DNA of 64,000 nucleotides, taken from positions 18,485,880 through 18,549,879 of the forward strand of contig OZ316895.1 in the NCBI GenBank assembly GCA_973895155.1, read 5' to 3'. The notes beneath the pieces are model-generated. The model made no database searches and had not been told where the DNA came from. It saw only the letters and a list, made by a program, of their open reading frames with translations. This document shows positions 48,521 through 63,536 of this stretch, piece after piece (the first letter of the stretch is position 1; every line of letters begins with the position of its first letter). The position numbers and the translations under genes were made by a program. The stretch comes from Marsupella aquatica. Its lineage: Eukaryota > Plantae > Marchantiophyta.

Positions 48521-49194
48521 CTTGATTAAGAGATATCACAATCTCGTCACCGTCACAAACTTAGCCGCTACAAATTGATTTCTTTGATTACGTCGTCATC
48601 GCTGGTCCACAATGCTTGCTTCCCGGCTTGAATTGTTCGCATCTCTTAGATAGTCTTCAACTGAAAACACAGGTTGACACCAAATGCAGCCTCTATGTCA
48701 AAGAAACAATTGTTGGTCTTCCCTTCACACCGTAGCTTTCTTAAAAATAACTACAAATCCTTTGTTTGAAATGATGGCTCGTTCGTTTTGTGTGTTCTTC
48801 CCACCAAATCGACAAGCGCTCTTTTGCCAACAGCTGAGTGTTGTGCTCCAGTCTGTCTTGTGGCGGTAATGCTCAATGTAACTCACAAACAATCAATCAA
48901 CAAATGGTTGAAAGATGATTTCTCCAATGTGTAAGCAAAACCTATAAGAAAACTGAATTCCTCCACATTCAACCTTTCGTTTGATAAATCTCTATCTTTT
49001 GAGCATTTGTTTTTGTACGAGCACACACCAACACCATCGGGAGACTCAAAATCGTTAGTTACCGCCTTGATGAAAATTGATTTCACTTAATCACACGCAC
49101 ATTCCTTGGATGAACATGGGGGTCCACGGATTAATTGCCTCGAGTCAAAATGTTCACATCACCCCAAATCTTTGCCTCAATGCAATGTACATTT

Positions 49195-50386
49195 AAACAT
49201 GCCTTGACATTTTTGTCTTCTTTTGCCTTGACAACTTTGCCTTGCCTAAACATCTTTTGCTTATCTCAAAATGTTTTTATCTCTTTCACTCACGTTAACA
49301 TCTTTTCTCTCCTCAATTTTTTTTCTCTTCTCACCATCTTTTTCTCTCTTTGACATATTTTCTCACCTCAACATTTTTTGCTCACCATGGAATCTTTTGT
49401 TCACCTTGGCATATTTTTCTCTCCTTGAAATCTTTTTCTCATCTCAACATCTATTTCTCTCTTCAACATCTTTTGCTTACCGTGACATCTTTTGCTCACC
49501 TTGAAAGCTTTTCTCTCGGACTCAACCTTTTTTATCATCTGGACATTGTTTGCTCACTTGGACATCTTTTCTCTCCTTTACATGTTTTATCACCTTGACA
49601 TGGTTTGCTCACCTTGAATCTTTTATCACCTTGACATATTTTTTCTCTCTTGACATCTTTTGTCACCTTGACATCTTTCATGCAACGCAAGGGCATTGAG
49701 TTCTTGCAGGAAAATATGTAGGGACCCTTACATTTATCACCTTGACATCTTTTGCTTACCTTGATAGTTTTCTCTCCTCGACATCTTTTGTTCACTTTGA
49801 CATCATTTATCTCCTTGATATCTTTTGTCACCTTGACATCTTTCATGCAATGCACGGGCATTGAGTTCTTGTAGGAAAACATGCAGGGACCCTTACATTT
49901 ATGCCACGGATTCCGTTGACATATGACGAATCACTTCCTTTTTTATTATGTAGGGTCCAATTTCCATTCAAGTGGCATATGCAATGATCATAAACAAAAC
50001 TCAAGGTCAGACTTTAGAACATGTAGGGTTACAGCTTTTAAAGCCTGTATTTAGTCATGGACAGTTGTATGCAGCATTTTCAAGGGCAATATCTCCTACA
50101 ACTATCAAGGTTTTACTTTCAAATTCCAAGGAGGGTCGAGCAAGGTTGACAAAAAAATTGTATATGACGAGGTTCTTTATTGAACGGGTGAATAAAGATT
50201 GTATCACTTTAATTTGTATTAATCTGTTTGACTTTTTGCCTGAACTACATGTTTGCAATGCACAACCATGTTTGTCTCCCTCAAAATCTTACCCTCGCCT
50301 CAAAATCGTACCCTCACCTTGACATCTTGCCCTCTCCTCGACCTCTTGCCCACACTCAAAGTCTTTTGTGCAATGCATGGGGCTAG
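49195..50386 (+). mobile_element. Helitron 3' portion: ~20-bp minisatellite, Pif1 helicase C-terminal fragment and CTAG terminus
   Basis: CTCACCTTGACATCTTTT-like array. 49900-50165 reads PRIPL...QFPFKVAYAMIINKTQGQTL..VGL.L..PVFSHGQLYAAFSR. Ends GTGCAATGCATGGGGCTAG|T. Confidence 0.82.
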
Positions 50387-52002
50387 TTAACCTATAAATA
50401 AACTCTTATACCCTAAATTTGTCTATCATTTAGTGAGGGTGAAGATGCATGTATGAAATTAAACTGCATTCACTGGTTTAATTGCATGTATGAAATTAAA
50501 CTACAAAGAAAATTGCTATAATATTGAGGACTACATGGCCCTTCTGCACTTGACCATGGATGCAGTTATCAAATTAAGGTGCACTAGGCACAGTCAATAG
50601 TACTCCTTGTCCATCAATAACAAGTCTCCAGGTTTCTAGTTTGTGGTACTACTTATCAAAGTTGGAATTGGAACTGGTTGACACGTAAACTTACGATAGT
50701 GGCAGCTATACGGAGGTAGGAGGTTTAGAAGGCAACGTCATAGAGGGGACGTAGTGACAGTGCTTTTTCTGAAGTGTCTACTAAGCTGCAACAAAAAATA
50801 AAGAAAAATCAAGTATATACCTTGTAAAGGGGCATTTATAGGGAAAGGAAAGAAGAGTGTATATGGGGAGAGGGGAGTATATGCACATAGAAGGGAGAAA
50901 TGTGTACGGGGAAAAATATATGTGTCTGAGGTCAAGAAAACAATCTGGCCTGGCGCAAGGAATCGAATGAAAATCAGTAACCCAGATTAATTTAGGTAAC
51001 AACAATGACATTGTATAAAATCTTGATTGTCTAAATTCATTCACATTGATGTGTAGAAACTCATTAATTCCATCTCTTAGGCTAGCATTGAAACTATGAA
51101 CTAAATGTTGAACATAGATGACATTCACAATGGCAAGCCCATGATTATTATCCAATGCACAAGTAGTCAACATAGAGAGATACGTGGTTCACCTCAGTTG
51201 AGGCCACATCCACGGGGAACACATTCAAGAGCTTTACTGCACTCTAGGCCCGTCGGCCATACTGAGTCTCTGCAATACAAGATTTCCCTATCTCTCAACT
51301 GGCTCCATAATAATGAGCCCGAGTTTCTTTTATCAAAGTAAACACCGCTTTGGATATAGTGTGCAACATGACTAACCTAACCAAGTTTGCAACTAAGGTC
51401 AACCCTAACTACGGTTACAGCCATGTAACCCTAGACCAAAGAGCAAATGCCAACAATAAAATGCAACACAATCATGCCCTTTGTGCAAACTTTAGCAAAT
51501 TCAAGCAAATAATGGATTTAATAAAATTTTAAAAATAAGCAAAGTGGGGACTAACAAGATTAGGGTCTTCAAAGACAAATTTAAAGTTCAGCGTAAACTT
51601 CTTCAAAGTAAGTTAAGGGCTCTTTAACATAATGGAGGCCCCTTGCCATATTTGTCTTCCTGGAGTCCTTAACGTGAGTGGTTCAGTCACGAATCATCAT
51701 CCTATCAACATGTAAAAAATGACTCAGTCACCTATTGTCTTTCTCAGGCCTAAAACCATCAGTGTCCAACATCAAACATGGATCCACCAAGGTTCACCTT
51801 TAATAGTAATTTTTCCTTGAAATCACGGATTAATTTTTTATGGGGTCATTGTAACGTGCAAGGAAACACTAAAAGAAATCCTTGCACAAGCAAATTATTG
51901 TCCAACGTCATCATACCTCCATCCACCAAAGTAATTTATTCTGAAATCATGGAGGAGGGCACATCCAAGGGAGTGAGTGAAATGAGGTAAAAAGGGAAGT
52001 CT

Positions 52003-55000
52003 TGTTATAACCCATAGGTTAATCTCCTAACCCATAGGTTAATCTCCTCACCCATAGATTAATCCCTAGGTGATTACTCTATAGGCGGTTACACCCACCA
52101 CCTGGATGAACCACCAGACATATGTATATATACCTTGAAGGAATGAGAGATGGTTAATGTTGTGGTGTATTTAACACGTTATCAGCACGAGAGAACTCAA
52201 AATGTTTTTTAGAACACAACACCATCGAGCCCTCCTGTCCCGCGTCCCCCCAATCCTTTAAGCAACGGGAATTCAACCCCAAATAGTCTCCCAACCACGT
52301 TGCACCCAAAAACAAGAAACGGTGGAGCAATTTTCCTCCCTCTCAAAAATCGGGGAAAGCCGACCCAAGATGCGCATGGCGACCCCACACAAAACAAAAA
52401 ATACGATCACCCACAATTGAGAATCCACATCTATCAAACACAAAATTGCCCATACATCTTGACCACGGAGAGACGAAGCCTCGGGCAGAGAACCCCAGAC
52501 CAACGTTAAAGAACACCACCAACAGCTGAGCACCGGACGAGAGAGGAGAACGCACCAACAAACCACGGAGCATTCAAACAAGAGCAGACTCGACGTGCCA
52601 CGAGATTTGCAATTCTCAATCCCATCAATTACTCTGCAATTTTCATTTCAAATCCGAGATCTGATAACCCGAACCAGGATTTATTAAGAGCAAGCAAAAC
52701 TGCAAAGAGAGCCCGCACGCGAGCACCCCTGAATTCAATTCAATATGACAACTAACACTATAGAGAAACTAAACTTCCAGGCCCGCTTCCAGGCCTTGAG
52801 CATCGATGGATCTAATTGTCTCTCCTGGTCACTGGATGCTGAAGCGCACTTAGCCGCTAAGAATCTACAGGACACCATCCTAACGGATGTCGGCCCCTCC
52901 CTGCAAGATAAGGCAAAGGCCCTTATCCTTATCCGTCACCACTTGAGCGACTCTCTGAAACGTCAATATCTAAATGAGTACAATCCCAGAATCCTCTGGG
53001 ACGAACTCCACTCCAGATTTGACCACACCCGAACTATCTTCCTCCCTGCTGCCCGCCACGACTGGGTGAACCTCCGAGTGCAAGACCACAAGTCCATAGC
53101 CGAATACAATAGCGAGCTCTTCCGGATAGTGGCCCAGTTGGCCATCTGTGGACAACCTATAACAGACAAAGAACAAATTGAGAAAACACTTTCCACCCTC
53201 CACTCCACCAACTTAGTATTATCAACCCAGTATAGAAACATGCAATTTACCAAATACTCCAAACTCATAGCACACATGCTATTGGCAGAAAAACACCAAC
53301 TATTACTACTCCAAAACACCCAACAGAGACCCCCGGGCACCATACAACCCCGCCCAAACACAAAATCATATTATAATACAAGAAAAACTTGAGAGAACAC
53401 CTACCAACGGGGCAACAAACGATTCAGGGGGAGAGGCTCCTTCAGAGGTCGTAGGGGGAGCTTCCCCCAATGAAATAGCCGAGAGCCCACATTCAGGGCA
53501 GAGGTCGAGACAAACCTCGCTTTGGAACCTCCAGAGGCAGCTGGAGAAGGGGAATCAACAACTGATCAGCACCTAGAACCCAAAACTATGGAAATCAAAG
53601 AGATAGAAGTGAGTACTCACCCGCATGTTATAGATGTGGAACGAAGGGCCACATACAAAAGAATTGCAGGGCCCCCACACACCTGGTAGACCTGTACAAG
53701 AAAAGCCTCCATCCACCACAATCGGAAGCCTATGGAGCTTTCCTGGACGCCCCCGTGGACGCCCCAGAGATCCTACCAGAGGCACACATGCTCGACCAAA
53801 GAGCCACCTACCCAACCTTAGACGACCCCAACACATGCATTGTGGACAGTGGAACAACCCACTCCATCCTGAAAAAGAGAGAATATTTCCAACATATAAC
53901 CCCATAACACCGCCAAGTCACCACAATTATGGGCCAAACCAAATCGAGGAGGGACACGGACCTGCCACTATAATCCTCCCAAGAGGTACTATGATAAAAA
54001 TGACATCAGCCATTTTCGCTCCCAAAGCCACACGCAACCTCCTTAGCTTCAGAGATAATTATAAGAGCTAACAATCTCCACATTCACACGAACATTAGTA
54101 AAACAGGCGAGGTACTGCACATCACGGCCGACACACCCAATGGCACATAGATAAGGGAAACAATGGAAGCTTACCCATTGGGCTTCTACATAACCAAAGC
54201 ATACAGCTACCACATAGAAGTGACGGGGCACACAATAACGGAAATATGGCACAGAAGGCTAGGCCATCCAGGCACCAGTATGTTCCAGAAAATACTGAGA
54301 GATACAGAGGGGATACCACCATCACTGTACCCACCAGATTCAAAGGCCCCTGTTTAGCCTGCTCCCAAGGAAAATTGATCACGAGACCTTCACCTGCAAC
54401 AATAGCAACGAAGATCCCCAACTTCTTAGAAAGGCTACACGCTGATGTCTGTGGACCGAATGACCCACAGAGTGGACCCTTTCAAGTTTTCCTGGCCGTC
54501 ATAGACGCCTCGTCCAAATGGTCTCAAGTCTCACTCCTGTCCACACAAAATTTAGTATTCCCATGAATTTTAGCACATATAATGAAGTTAAAGGCCCAAT
54601 TCCCCGAGAGCCCAATCAAAATATTGAGAGTAGACAACGCAGGGGAATTTATCTCAAAAACCTTTGATGATTTTTGCCTATATGCAGGCATTGATGTGCA
54701 ATATCCAGTGGCTTATGTCCACTTTCATAATGGAATTGCCGAATCGTTTATCAAGCGTTTGCAGACGATAGCCCGCCCCCCTACTAATGCAATCAAAATT
54801 ACCAACTTCCGCATGGGGCCATGGTTTCCTCCACGTAGCAGCACTACTAAACTATGCCCATCCGCATTTAATTCCAGCAACCCACACCATCTAGCACTTG
54901 GCACAACTCCTAACATCTCACACCTCCGCACCTTTGGCTGTCAAGTGCTAGTACCTATCATGGGCCCAAAGAGAACTAAGATGGCCCCCAGAGAAAGAAA

Positions 55001-58000
55001 GGGATATATGTAGGCTTTGACTCTACAGCGATCATCAGGTACTTAGAACCGACAACCACTGACGTATTCAAAGCCAGATTTGCTGATTGCCACTTTTACA
55101 AAGAAATCTTCCCCACAACAGGCTCACAACAGGCTCACAACAGGCTCACAACAAGCAAAAGACAACCAGACAATGAAAGAATTACAATGGCAACTCCAAT
55201 CACAATTCTGGAATGACCCCCGGACGGGCCAAGCAAACACCGAGGTCCAACGGATCATACACCTCACAAGAATGATGGAACAGCTCCCGGATTTGTTTGC
55301 TGATGCAGCAAGAGTGACTTGATCACACGTACCTGCTGCCAACGCACCATCAAGAATAGAAACAACGGACGAACAGTCCCAAGAGCAAGCACCAAGAGCA
55401 AAGAGAGGCCGACCAGTTGGATCCACGGACAGACAACCCAGGCAAAGAAGGTCTGCAACATCTACCAACCCCTCCAACAATCTGGTAAGACCCACAACCG
55501 AAACACAAATAGCAGAGGAAAGAGAAGAGATCTCTATCAACTACAATAATACGAGGCACATCTGGGATAGACAATCAACAGGACCAGATGAACATTTTGC
55601 TTTACATATTTCACAAGAAATCAGAGAACTAGAAGATCCTAAAACGATCAAAGAAGCACAAAATCAACCAGACTGGCCACAAAGGGAGATGGCAATCAAT
55701 TCTGAGTTAGACTCCTTAATATCCAGACAGGTTTTCGGACCAATAACACCTTCCCCACCAGGCACACACCTCACCGGATACAAATAGACATTTGTGAAAA
55801 AACGGAACACCAAAGGGGAAGTAGTCAGGCATAAAGCCAAACTAGTGGCAAAAGGTTTTACTCAAATACCAGGGAGAGACTACGATCTCACCTATTCACC
55901 CGTCACGGACGTAATCACATGCAGATACCTCATCGCATTCGCACTTCACCACAAACCCTCAATGCACCAACTGGATATAGTGACAGCATACCTGTATGGC
56001 TACCTGGACACAACCATACACATGGAGGCCCCACCTGAACTCATACAGAGAGCTGCACACCACAGCAAGAGCACACAAATACAGAGAAATGCAGATCCAC
56101 GAACGGAAGGTCCTTTTGGCCACACAAACAAGACAGTCCTACAGACTACATCAAAAGCAATTGCACTAAAAGAAGACAGCACAAATACCACAAAGCAGCG
56201 AATACAATTTGCAGTGCAAGTACTTCGCTCACTATATGGGCTGAAGCAGAGTGGTCGAACCTGGTATGAGAGGTTCAAGGCAGAAATGATAGCATTTAAA
56301 TTCCACAATTCGGAAATTGCACCATGCCTATTCATAAAAAGAGAAGGCACTGAACTGATAATCATTGCTATTTATGTGGACGACCTCAATTTATTTGGCA
56401 CAAGCAAGATAATGCTAGAAACCATAGCCATGCTCAAAAGGATTTTCAAGATGAGAGATCTCGGACAGACTACATTCTGTCTTGGCCTGCAATTTGAGCC
56501 TTGCCACAAGGGATTTTACTCCATCAGACCACATATACAAGAAAATTGTTGAAGCAATTCAACATGGACAAAGCTCAACCAGTAAAATCTCCCATGGACA
56601 TAAGATCCCTCGACAGGGACAAAGACATATTCAGAAAGCAAAAAGACAATGAGCAAATACTGGGATCAGAGAGGCCATACCTATCTGCAATAGGGGCCCT
56701 AATGTTCCTCGCAAACCAAACTCGCTCGGATATTGCTTTCACTATGAATCTCTTAGCACGCCATAGTGCACAGCCAACAATCCGACATTGGAATGGCATT
56801 AAGCGGATATTCCGATACCTCTGTGGAACAACAGACCTGGGACTCCTTTATCCTGCACAAACTACTAACACAATGACAGGATACACAGATACAGGATATA
56901 TATTGGATACCGATGATGCCAAGTCCCAAACAAGATACATATTCTTGATGGGCACAATTGCAATCTCATGGAAAAGTTCCATGCAGACGTTAACAACAAC
57001 GTCATCCAACCATTCAGAAATCATTGCCTTATACAAGGCAAGTCGAGATTGCCTCTGGCTAAGGAATGTAATTAACCACATCCATGAACACACAGGTACG
57101 CCCACCCTAACCTTACCTACTACGATCTACGAGGATAACCAACTGTGCATAGATCAAATTCAAGCTGGATTCATTAAGGGCGACAGAACCAAACACATCG
57201 CACCGAAGTTCTTTTTCGCACATGAGCAGCACGGAGAAAGCATCAACATACAGTGGATAGCGAGCCACGAAATCATGGCCGACTTGTTCACCAAATCCTT
57301 ACCACTGGCAACACACAAAGCACACACTGACTCGATTGGAATGCGCAGTCTATCCAACCTTATGCAGGACTGAAAACAATCAACCGCAACAATACTCAGG
57401 GGGAGAAGCATACCTCAACAAGATGAATCAAGAAGTGAAGACACGGAATCACCAACCGGGAAAGAAGCAGTACACCAACACCAACGACGCGAAGACCAAC
57501 AACCGAGCCAAGCGATAATCGAAATGCTCCCAAGAAAACATTTCCGACGATAAACATCGACCATTCCATGCACAACAGCGCATCGACAACGCAAATCGCC
57601 ATACGCACACTGTTCACTACGTGAACTACGACAATACAGCGCCCCAACACTACACACATACTAAAGCTTGCATTGTATTACCATTAGAACAATACACAAT
57701 GCCAACCCTTATTACATTGCCAATAACACTCGAAAATATAGAATCATATGCTAAGACAATGAAAATGGATGGTAACACTCTTTCCTCCCATAAAGACAAG
57801 TAGGGGAGGTTTTAAGGAGGTTACATCCCCCCCCCCCCCAAAAATTACCTTTGAACTCCAGGACAAAATAGACATACATAAAATAGATTAACCATTAAGA
57901 GACTTAATATGGGTGTACCATTCCCCAAAATGACACAAGGGGGAGTGTTAACCAAAGAGTTAAGTCTCCTAACCCATAGGTTAATCTCCTAACCCATAGA

Positions 58001-58126
58001 TTAATCCCCTAATCCCTAGGTGATTACCCTATAGGCGGTTACACCAACCACCTGCATGAACCACCAGACATATGTATATATACCTTGAAGGAATGAGAGA
58101 TGGTTAATGTTGTGGTGTATTTAACA
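52003..58126 (+). mobile_element. Complete decayed Ty1/copia element, Bianca-like
   Basis: LTRs 52003-52176 and 57946-58126 (TG...CA), TSD AGTCT, PBS CGTTATCAGCACGA at 52177, PPT AAGGGGGAG before 57946. Confidence 0.95.
52745..57373 (+). pseudogene. Copia gag-pol (gag, protease, integrase, RT, RNase H) with several stops and frameshifts
   Basis: Gag KAKALILIRHHL; protease CIVDSGTTH; WHRRLGHPG; LHADVCGP; RVDNAGEF; SLYGLKQSGR; YVDD; IYEDN; TKHI; ADLFTK. Confidence 0.95.
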
Positions 58127-60160
58127 AGTCTGACACATTTCCCCTTATAAATGGCCGATGGTGGTTTAGCAAGACAGTTCTTTAACAACTTCTTCAGACC
58201 TCGTCGTCGTCAACTCCTTCCACTATTTCATGGATACTTTTGCAGCATCTCCCCCAGAGCAAAAGACTGATTTTGAGAGCAGGATGGACTCTCGACCTTG
58301 GCGGATGATGTAGGATTCTGTTCTTTGGGTTGTCTGGACTGACCAAAAAGGATTGCAGCCATGAAAAAAACTCACTGACAAGCAAAACCATTGTTTGCAC
58401 AGGTAACACAGTATTTAGCTTCGGCATCTTTACAATCATGGAACCCTTGACGACTCCCATGATATGGTTGGCAAAATGGCATTCCCGAAGACAGACATTA
58501 CTGTCAGTTCAAGTCCTACTTTCTACTTCTCAGATTAATGGCCAAAATTTAAGTCTAATATACAGAGTTGGACATAATGTGCTCTAGTACTTAAAGCACA
58601 AATAATGATGTAATCTACCAAAGAATATGTATCCAAGTTCTCCACCGAGAAAATTGACTGTCAAGTGGTGAATCACTAGTGGACAGGTCTCCATTTATAC
58701 ACCTGCGACCATCCTGAACCAAAAAGCCAGACAATACCATTAGTTCCATAAACCGAGGAATAGAAAAACTAAGTGGCTCTTCAGTTTCCTGACACTGGGG
58801 CTTGCTTTGCCACTGTTTACCTGGGCGCCAATTGAAGGTGAAAAAATTACTCATTCCTAGCAGCAGAGCCGATCATGCTTTTTACGTTGGTCTGGAATGG
58901 AAAGCGAAGCCATCTGTCCAAATGAGAGTGAGGTCCCGTATTTGAAGACAACTACATGACACATAGACGTTGTCCGGGTCAACAGCCCTGTGAGCTCCAG
59001 CCAGTTACAATCGAATCAGACTAACTATCTTGGTGTCATTTTGAACCTTAAGATAAAGCACGCATGAAGTCCAAATTGGATTTTCAGAATCCCGCCAGGA
59101 CACCAGTTTCTAAAGACTGAGTTGAAAATTATTATGCAGTGTTTTCACTTTAGAATCGATGTATGATCAGCGTTAGTAACAGCAAGATTTGTGGGAAATT
59201 TCCACGGGGCTATCACGTCTGGAAATCACATCATTAGAATGATCTTCTCCCGACCATCAAGAAGAAGATGATACAGCACCCAATGACCCACAAAAGATTA
59301 TTGGGTGCTTTATTATCCTGCCGCACAAACAGAATGCAAAATTGTCTCGAATGTTGTCGTAAGATTAAGAACATTTAAGATGCCACTACTCCAGATAGAA
59401 ACGTAAAGCAGGAACCACAGACATTGCTGGAACGAACTACGAAGCTTATCCTTCGTTGGGTACAAAATCCTTCTGTTGTTGTATGAGTTTCATGAATACG
59501 GCGACTTCTCTGCAAGGATACAGATTTCCACAAGTTTGCTCGACGGTTTTTGTCAGAGTGCTTTAATTCACCACTGAGTTCTTGCAGCTGAAAACAAGAC
59601 GATTTCGATCGCCCATGAGCCGGTGTAGCTGGCTTGGTACTAATGGAACTCACAAACCGTAGAAGTCGGGAGCACTTTCTAGTTTCTAATTACGGTGATG
59701 AGGTTCACAAATTCAGCGGTCAGTTTTTGCAGTTATTCAATATAGAGATCTTTGAATTTCCCTTTTCCGGATACTTCTTCTGTAAGGACTGCAATGCTCC
59801 ATTTGAAAGCCCTGTAACCTGACCATAAACTCCTACAGGGTTAAATAGTTTGGGTTGCAATAGTCGGCGTAACAATTGAAAATTGGTTCTCAGTTCCCTG
59901 CTCGGTGGTGTGTTATTAAAGGCCGGAACATTTTCTAGCCACTGCCGATTCGTGAATATTGCTAAGCCTGCTAAACTCGAATAATTACAGATCACCCCGT
60001 TGGAGATGCACTTGTCAAATTATGACCCCTTTGACCTCTCATATCAGTCCAGGAAAATCATTTAACTGTCAAAAAGTCCCTTTTTGGAGGTGGTTGATTA
60101 TAAAGTATCACTGTGGTCACGAAATACCTCAAATGTCCAAATAAGAAAAGTAGATTCTCA

Positions 60161-61955
60161 TCACTTACACTGAGGCTCATTGAGATAGCGGATGGAGGAA
60201 GGACAAGTCAATGATGTGCACAGTCCGAGGCCCTGCACAAAGACATGGCAGTTGATTGTTGAATGGGCGACTAACATCAATGAAGGACGAGAGAATCGAA
60301 GAAGTATGAAGAAGGATTTGCCAATCCAAAAGGAGATCACGTGACGCGTACCCTTTGGACAATAGTGGATTTCTTGGGCTTTCCTGTGTACTTGTGACCT
60401 GTTATTTTAACCCAATCTTCTTGTATCTCCTTCCGGGTAAGAACAAGGTGGAGTTTTGGCAACTTAAGCGGTGGTGGAGGAGGTTCTTCGTTGGCCAGTC
60501 TTTGAGCTACACGCTTTGACCTTTTAGTGCCCTTTCCTGCCGGTACTGACGGAGCTGTTGGGGGAGTCTCACCACCACGCGTCCTGCAATGTCTGAGACC
60601 GTTAGCAATTCAAAGAAGCCTCTTAGATTTGCTTCTCTCCTGCTAACCTTCATTACAGTACTTCCAGCGACAACTAAAAATTCAAAAGACACTACGACAT
60701 GCAGTGCAAAATGCCTGCATCATATTGGAGAAGTTGAAACGATCGGTACTGTCTGGTATCCAGATCATCCGATAGACCTCTAAACTCTAACTCAAAGTCT
60801 CCGGACACGCCAAATTGTTAAAACCTTACAAACAAAGTTAGTAAAATGATTTGACATCAGACCTTGTCAAAGACCTCAAAACCCTTTCAATATCTTTCGC
60901 CTCTTTTGGAGGACTAGTGGATTGAGGCGCTCGTCGCTGTCTTCGCCTGCTGATTGGTTGGTTCAAACTTCCCTCTGGTTGCTGTTGAACTGGAGTCACA
61001 GGCTGGGCATGACGCTTTGGATTAGAGGCTTGAAAAGGTGGACCAATCTGCTGCTTACACCTTCGCATCCTCCCTGCATCTCCTTCAGTTGGAGTGGGAG
61101 ACTTCTCCTTACTCTGTCCGGGAGGAATTCTCCGTTGATCAACCTCATGTTCCTTCCGGAACTTCTTTACATCTGACCTTTGCCGTTGATGCAGTTGCTT
61201 CTGTCGTTTTATTCTATGACTTGCTCCGTTTCCTTCTCCAACGTTCGAATCTGCAGCTTGTTCTTCACCTTCTGCTTCTCTTTCGTCAGACTCCTGTTCA
61301 CCTTGAAGCTTTGCCGTATCTTCTTCACTGACATCGTCCAAACAAACCCAACTTAAAGTTTTATTCCAGAACTGACAAGTAATGAGGAGTAGCATCCGCT
61401 GTCTACAAAGCTCAGAACGTGGCCTCAACTTCACAATCAAGTAGGACGTAAAAAAATTAATTTCTTATTGTCTCCATCCGATTACGAATATAGCACGAGT
61501 TGCGTATTCGAAGGAAAGCTTTCAACCCTAGACGGAGACCCCTACCCCATTCGTGGACAATGCATATTAACGAGGAAAGAATAGCACCTTTTAAGGCCTC
61601 TCATGCATATCCAATAATCGGCAACTTATGTACACCAAAAAAATCTCACTACTAAGTTTTCTACAAGCAAACGAGTCTAACATTAAAGCTAGGATACCTA
61701 CTGTAAAAGCCCGGCAACTCTAAACCCCAATATGCAAATACGAGACCAGATCTGGATCATAAAATCAAGTGTTTTCATGTCCCAAAACGATGTCAGAGCA
61801 ATCATTTAATTCAACTCTAGATCACTCCAGGTATACAAGTCAAACAAATTCCTGCTACACAGAATAGAATTGGGAAATTGCAGAAGCCCTCAGGCAAGTT
61901 TCCATAACGACCAACCTTTTCAAACAAGTTTTCTTCATGCCGTTAACGGCTTCCA
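60161..61955 (-). CDS. DUF1639-like protein, multi-exon; 5' end uncertain (may extend to ~62637)
   Basis: Phase-compatible exons ~61955-61916, ~61352-60863, 60583-60352 and 60232-60161. LPKLHLVLTRKEIQEDWVKITGHKYTGKPKK resembles the DUF1639 signature (L.rkEIeeDf..mtG..p..rPKK). Confidence 0.65.
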
Positions 61956-63536
61956 TATCAGAGTCCTCATGCCGTTTCCGTCCACCGTGCACTGCTCGGG
62001 AACTGTACTCAATTGATCAAATAGCCACATTGTCAATTCAGATGCAGCCGAGATGATCGACAATATCTTTCAAGAAATTGCTAATCAGCATTCCTTTTCC
62101 AAGTACGTACATCCAGGAAGGCGCGGCCTTAAAACCGACAAACGACACTATTGAATACCTGCTAAGTTCCCGTTGCCATTCCATGAATCTCTCACTTTTC
62201 ACCACAGCCCTACGCGTTCCTGTTGACTGCACAAGTGTCGAAGGCTCATCAGGAGGACATGTCAAAGAGCCGTGCACAACGACGACTTCGAAAACATCTG
62301 GAAACGAAACAAAAGATGGCTGCTTTTCAACTACGCTGATGAACATTTGTCCTGGGTTGTACAACGCTACGAAGCCTGCCCGAAGCATGGGGTCAGAAAG
62401 CGCTTGGTCTCTTCCAGGCAAAATGGGTTCGACCCGTTTGTTACTCGATACAGGTGAGAGTGGCGGAGGAGGTTATGAAGGTGTGAGAATATCATTACGC
62501 AGCGCTCACCAAGGCTAGGTGACAGGCGAGGCATGAAAGCACGCTGAAGAAAGAAAGAAAGAAAAATCAAGATCCCTAAGTCACAATGACGCAGGACCGA
62601 CCATACCTCTCCTACTGCTGCAGTCGCTGTAGCCATGCCAGGAGCTCGTCCGAGCCTGCAGACCAGAGAAAGAAGCCAATCACCAAAGAAAATGATGAAA
62701 GAACTTGCCAACTCTTCTTATTTTCTGATGCGTCGTCAGGTGCACCAGCGCCCACACTCTGCAGAAATGGTAACCGCAGCATCCGGAATTACCAAGCCAC
62801 AATTCTTCAGTGCTCAGGTACACCGAATCCCGCTAGTCACTACTCGCTCGTCTTTGAGGAGACTTGGAGCACATTTTTCTGTCCGGCGAGCTTATCGGGA
62901 AAACAAGGAGTAGTAGGAGTAGTAACAACAGTTCCAAATGGAGATTCTAACAACGATGTATCGACAGGCAGCACCCCTCACCTGCAAATTTACGAGGAAA
63001 GCGATATGAGAAAGAAACAGAGAAGTAGGCAAGGCAAGGGAGGGGGACCAAGCGAGGAGTAGACGAAATTCATATTGCTCTCAAATCCTGTAGAAGAGCA
63101 ATGGCTGACAAGGACTCGTGAAATATCTCAGTCGACCCTTAAGTGTGTAAAGTCAATGTCTGACCTGACTCGCTTCTTAGTCGCAGTTGGTTATGAGCTT
63201 CACGGTTGCTCTCGAAATTTTCAAATTCGACAAACTACAACCGGAAGGTAGGGAATGGAGGTGATCTTACCAAACACAGGCAGGCCCAGTCACGCGGATG
63301 CTACCCAGCAATCGAGCAAGCAGGAAGATAAATTGAAACAAAGAACAGTGAAGGCGGTAGAAATTGTTCAATCTAAAGGTAAGGGAAGCGTGCACGTGGT
63401 ATTTGGGTGTGAAGTCTGGACTTGATGACGAAGCTTTCGGAAGTACTAAGAGAAAAACTAGTGGGAGCAAACTCCCATCACAGCAACAAGATCGCGGGGC
63501 ATATCTAATTGGGGAGCAAATAGGACTCGAGAAGGA

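Noticed and set aside
58130-60150. Short ORFs downstream of the DUF1639-like gene
   Set aside because: No motifs or convincing exon chain; probably UTR, intron or intergenic.
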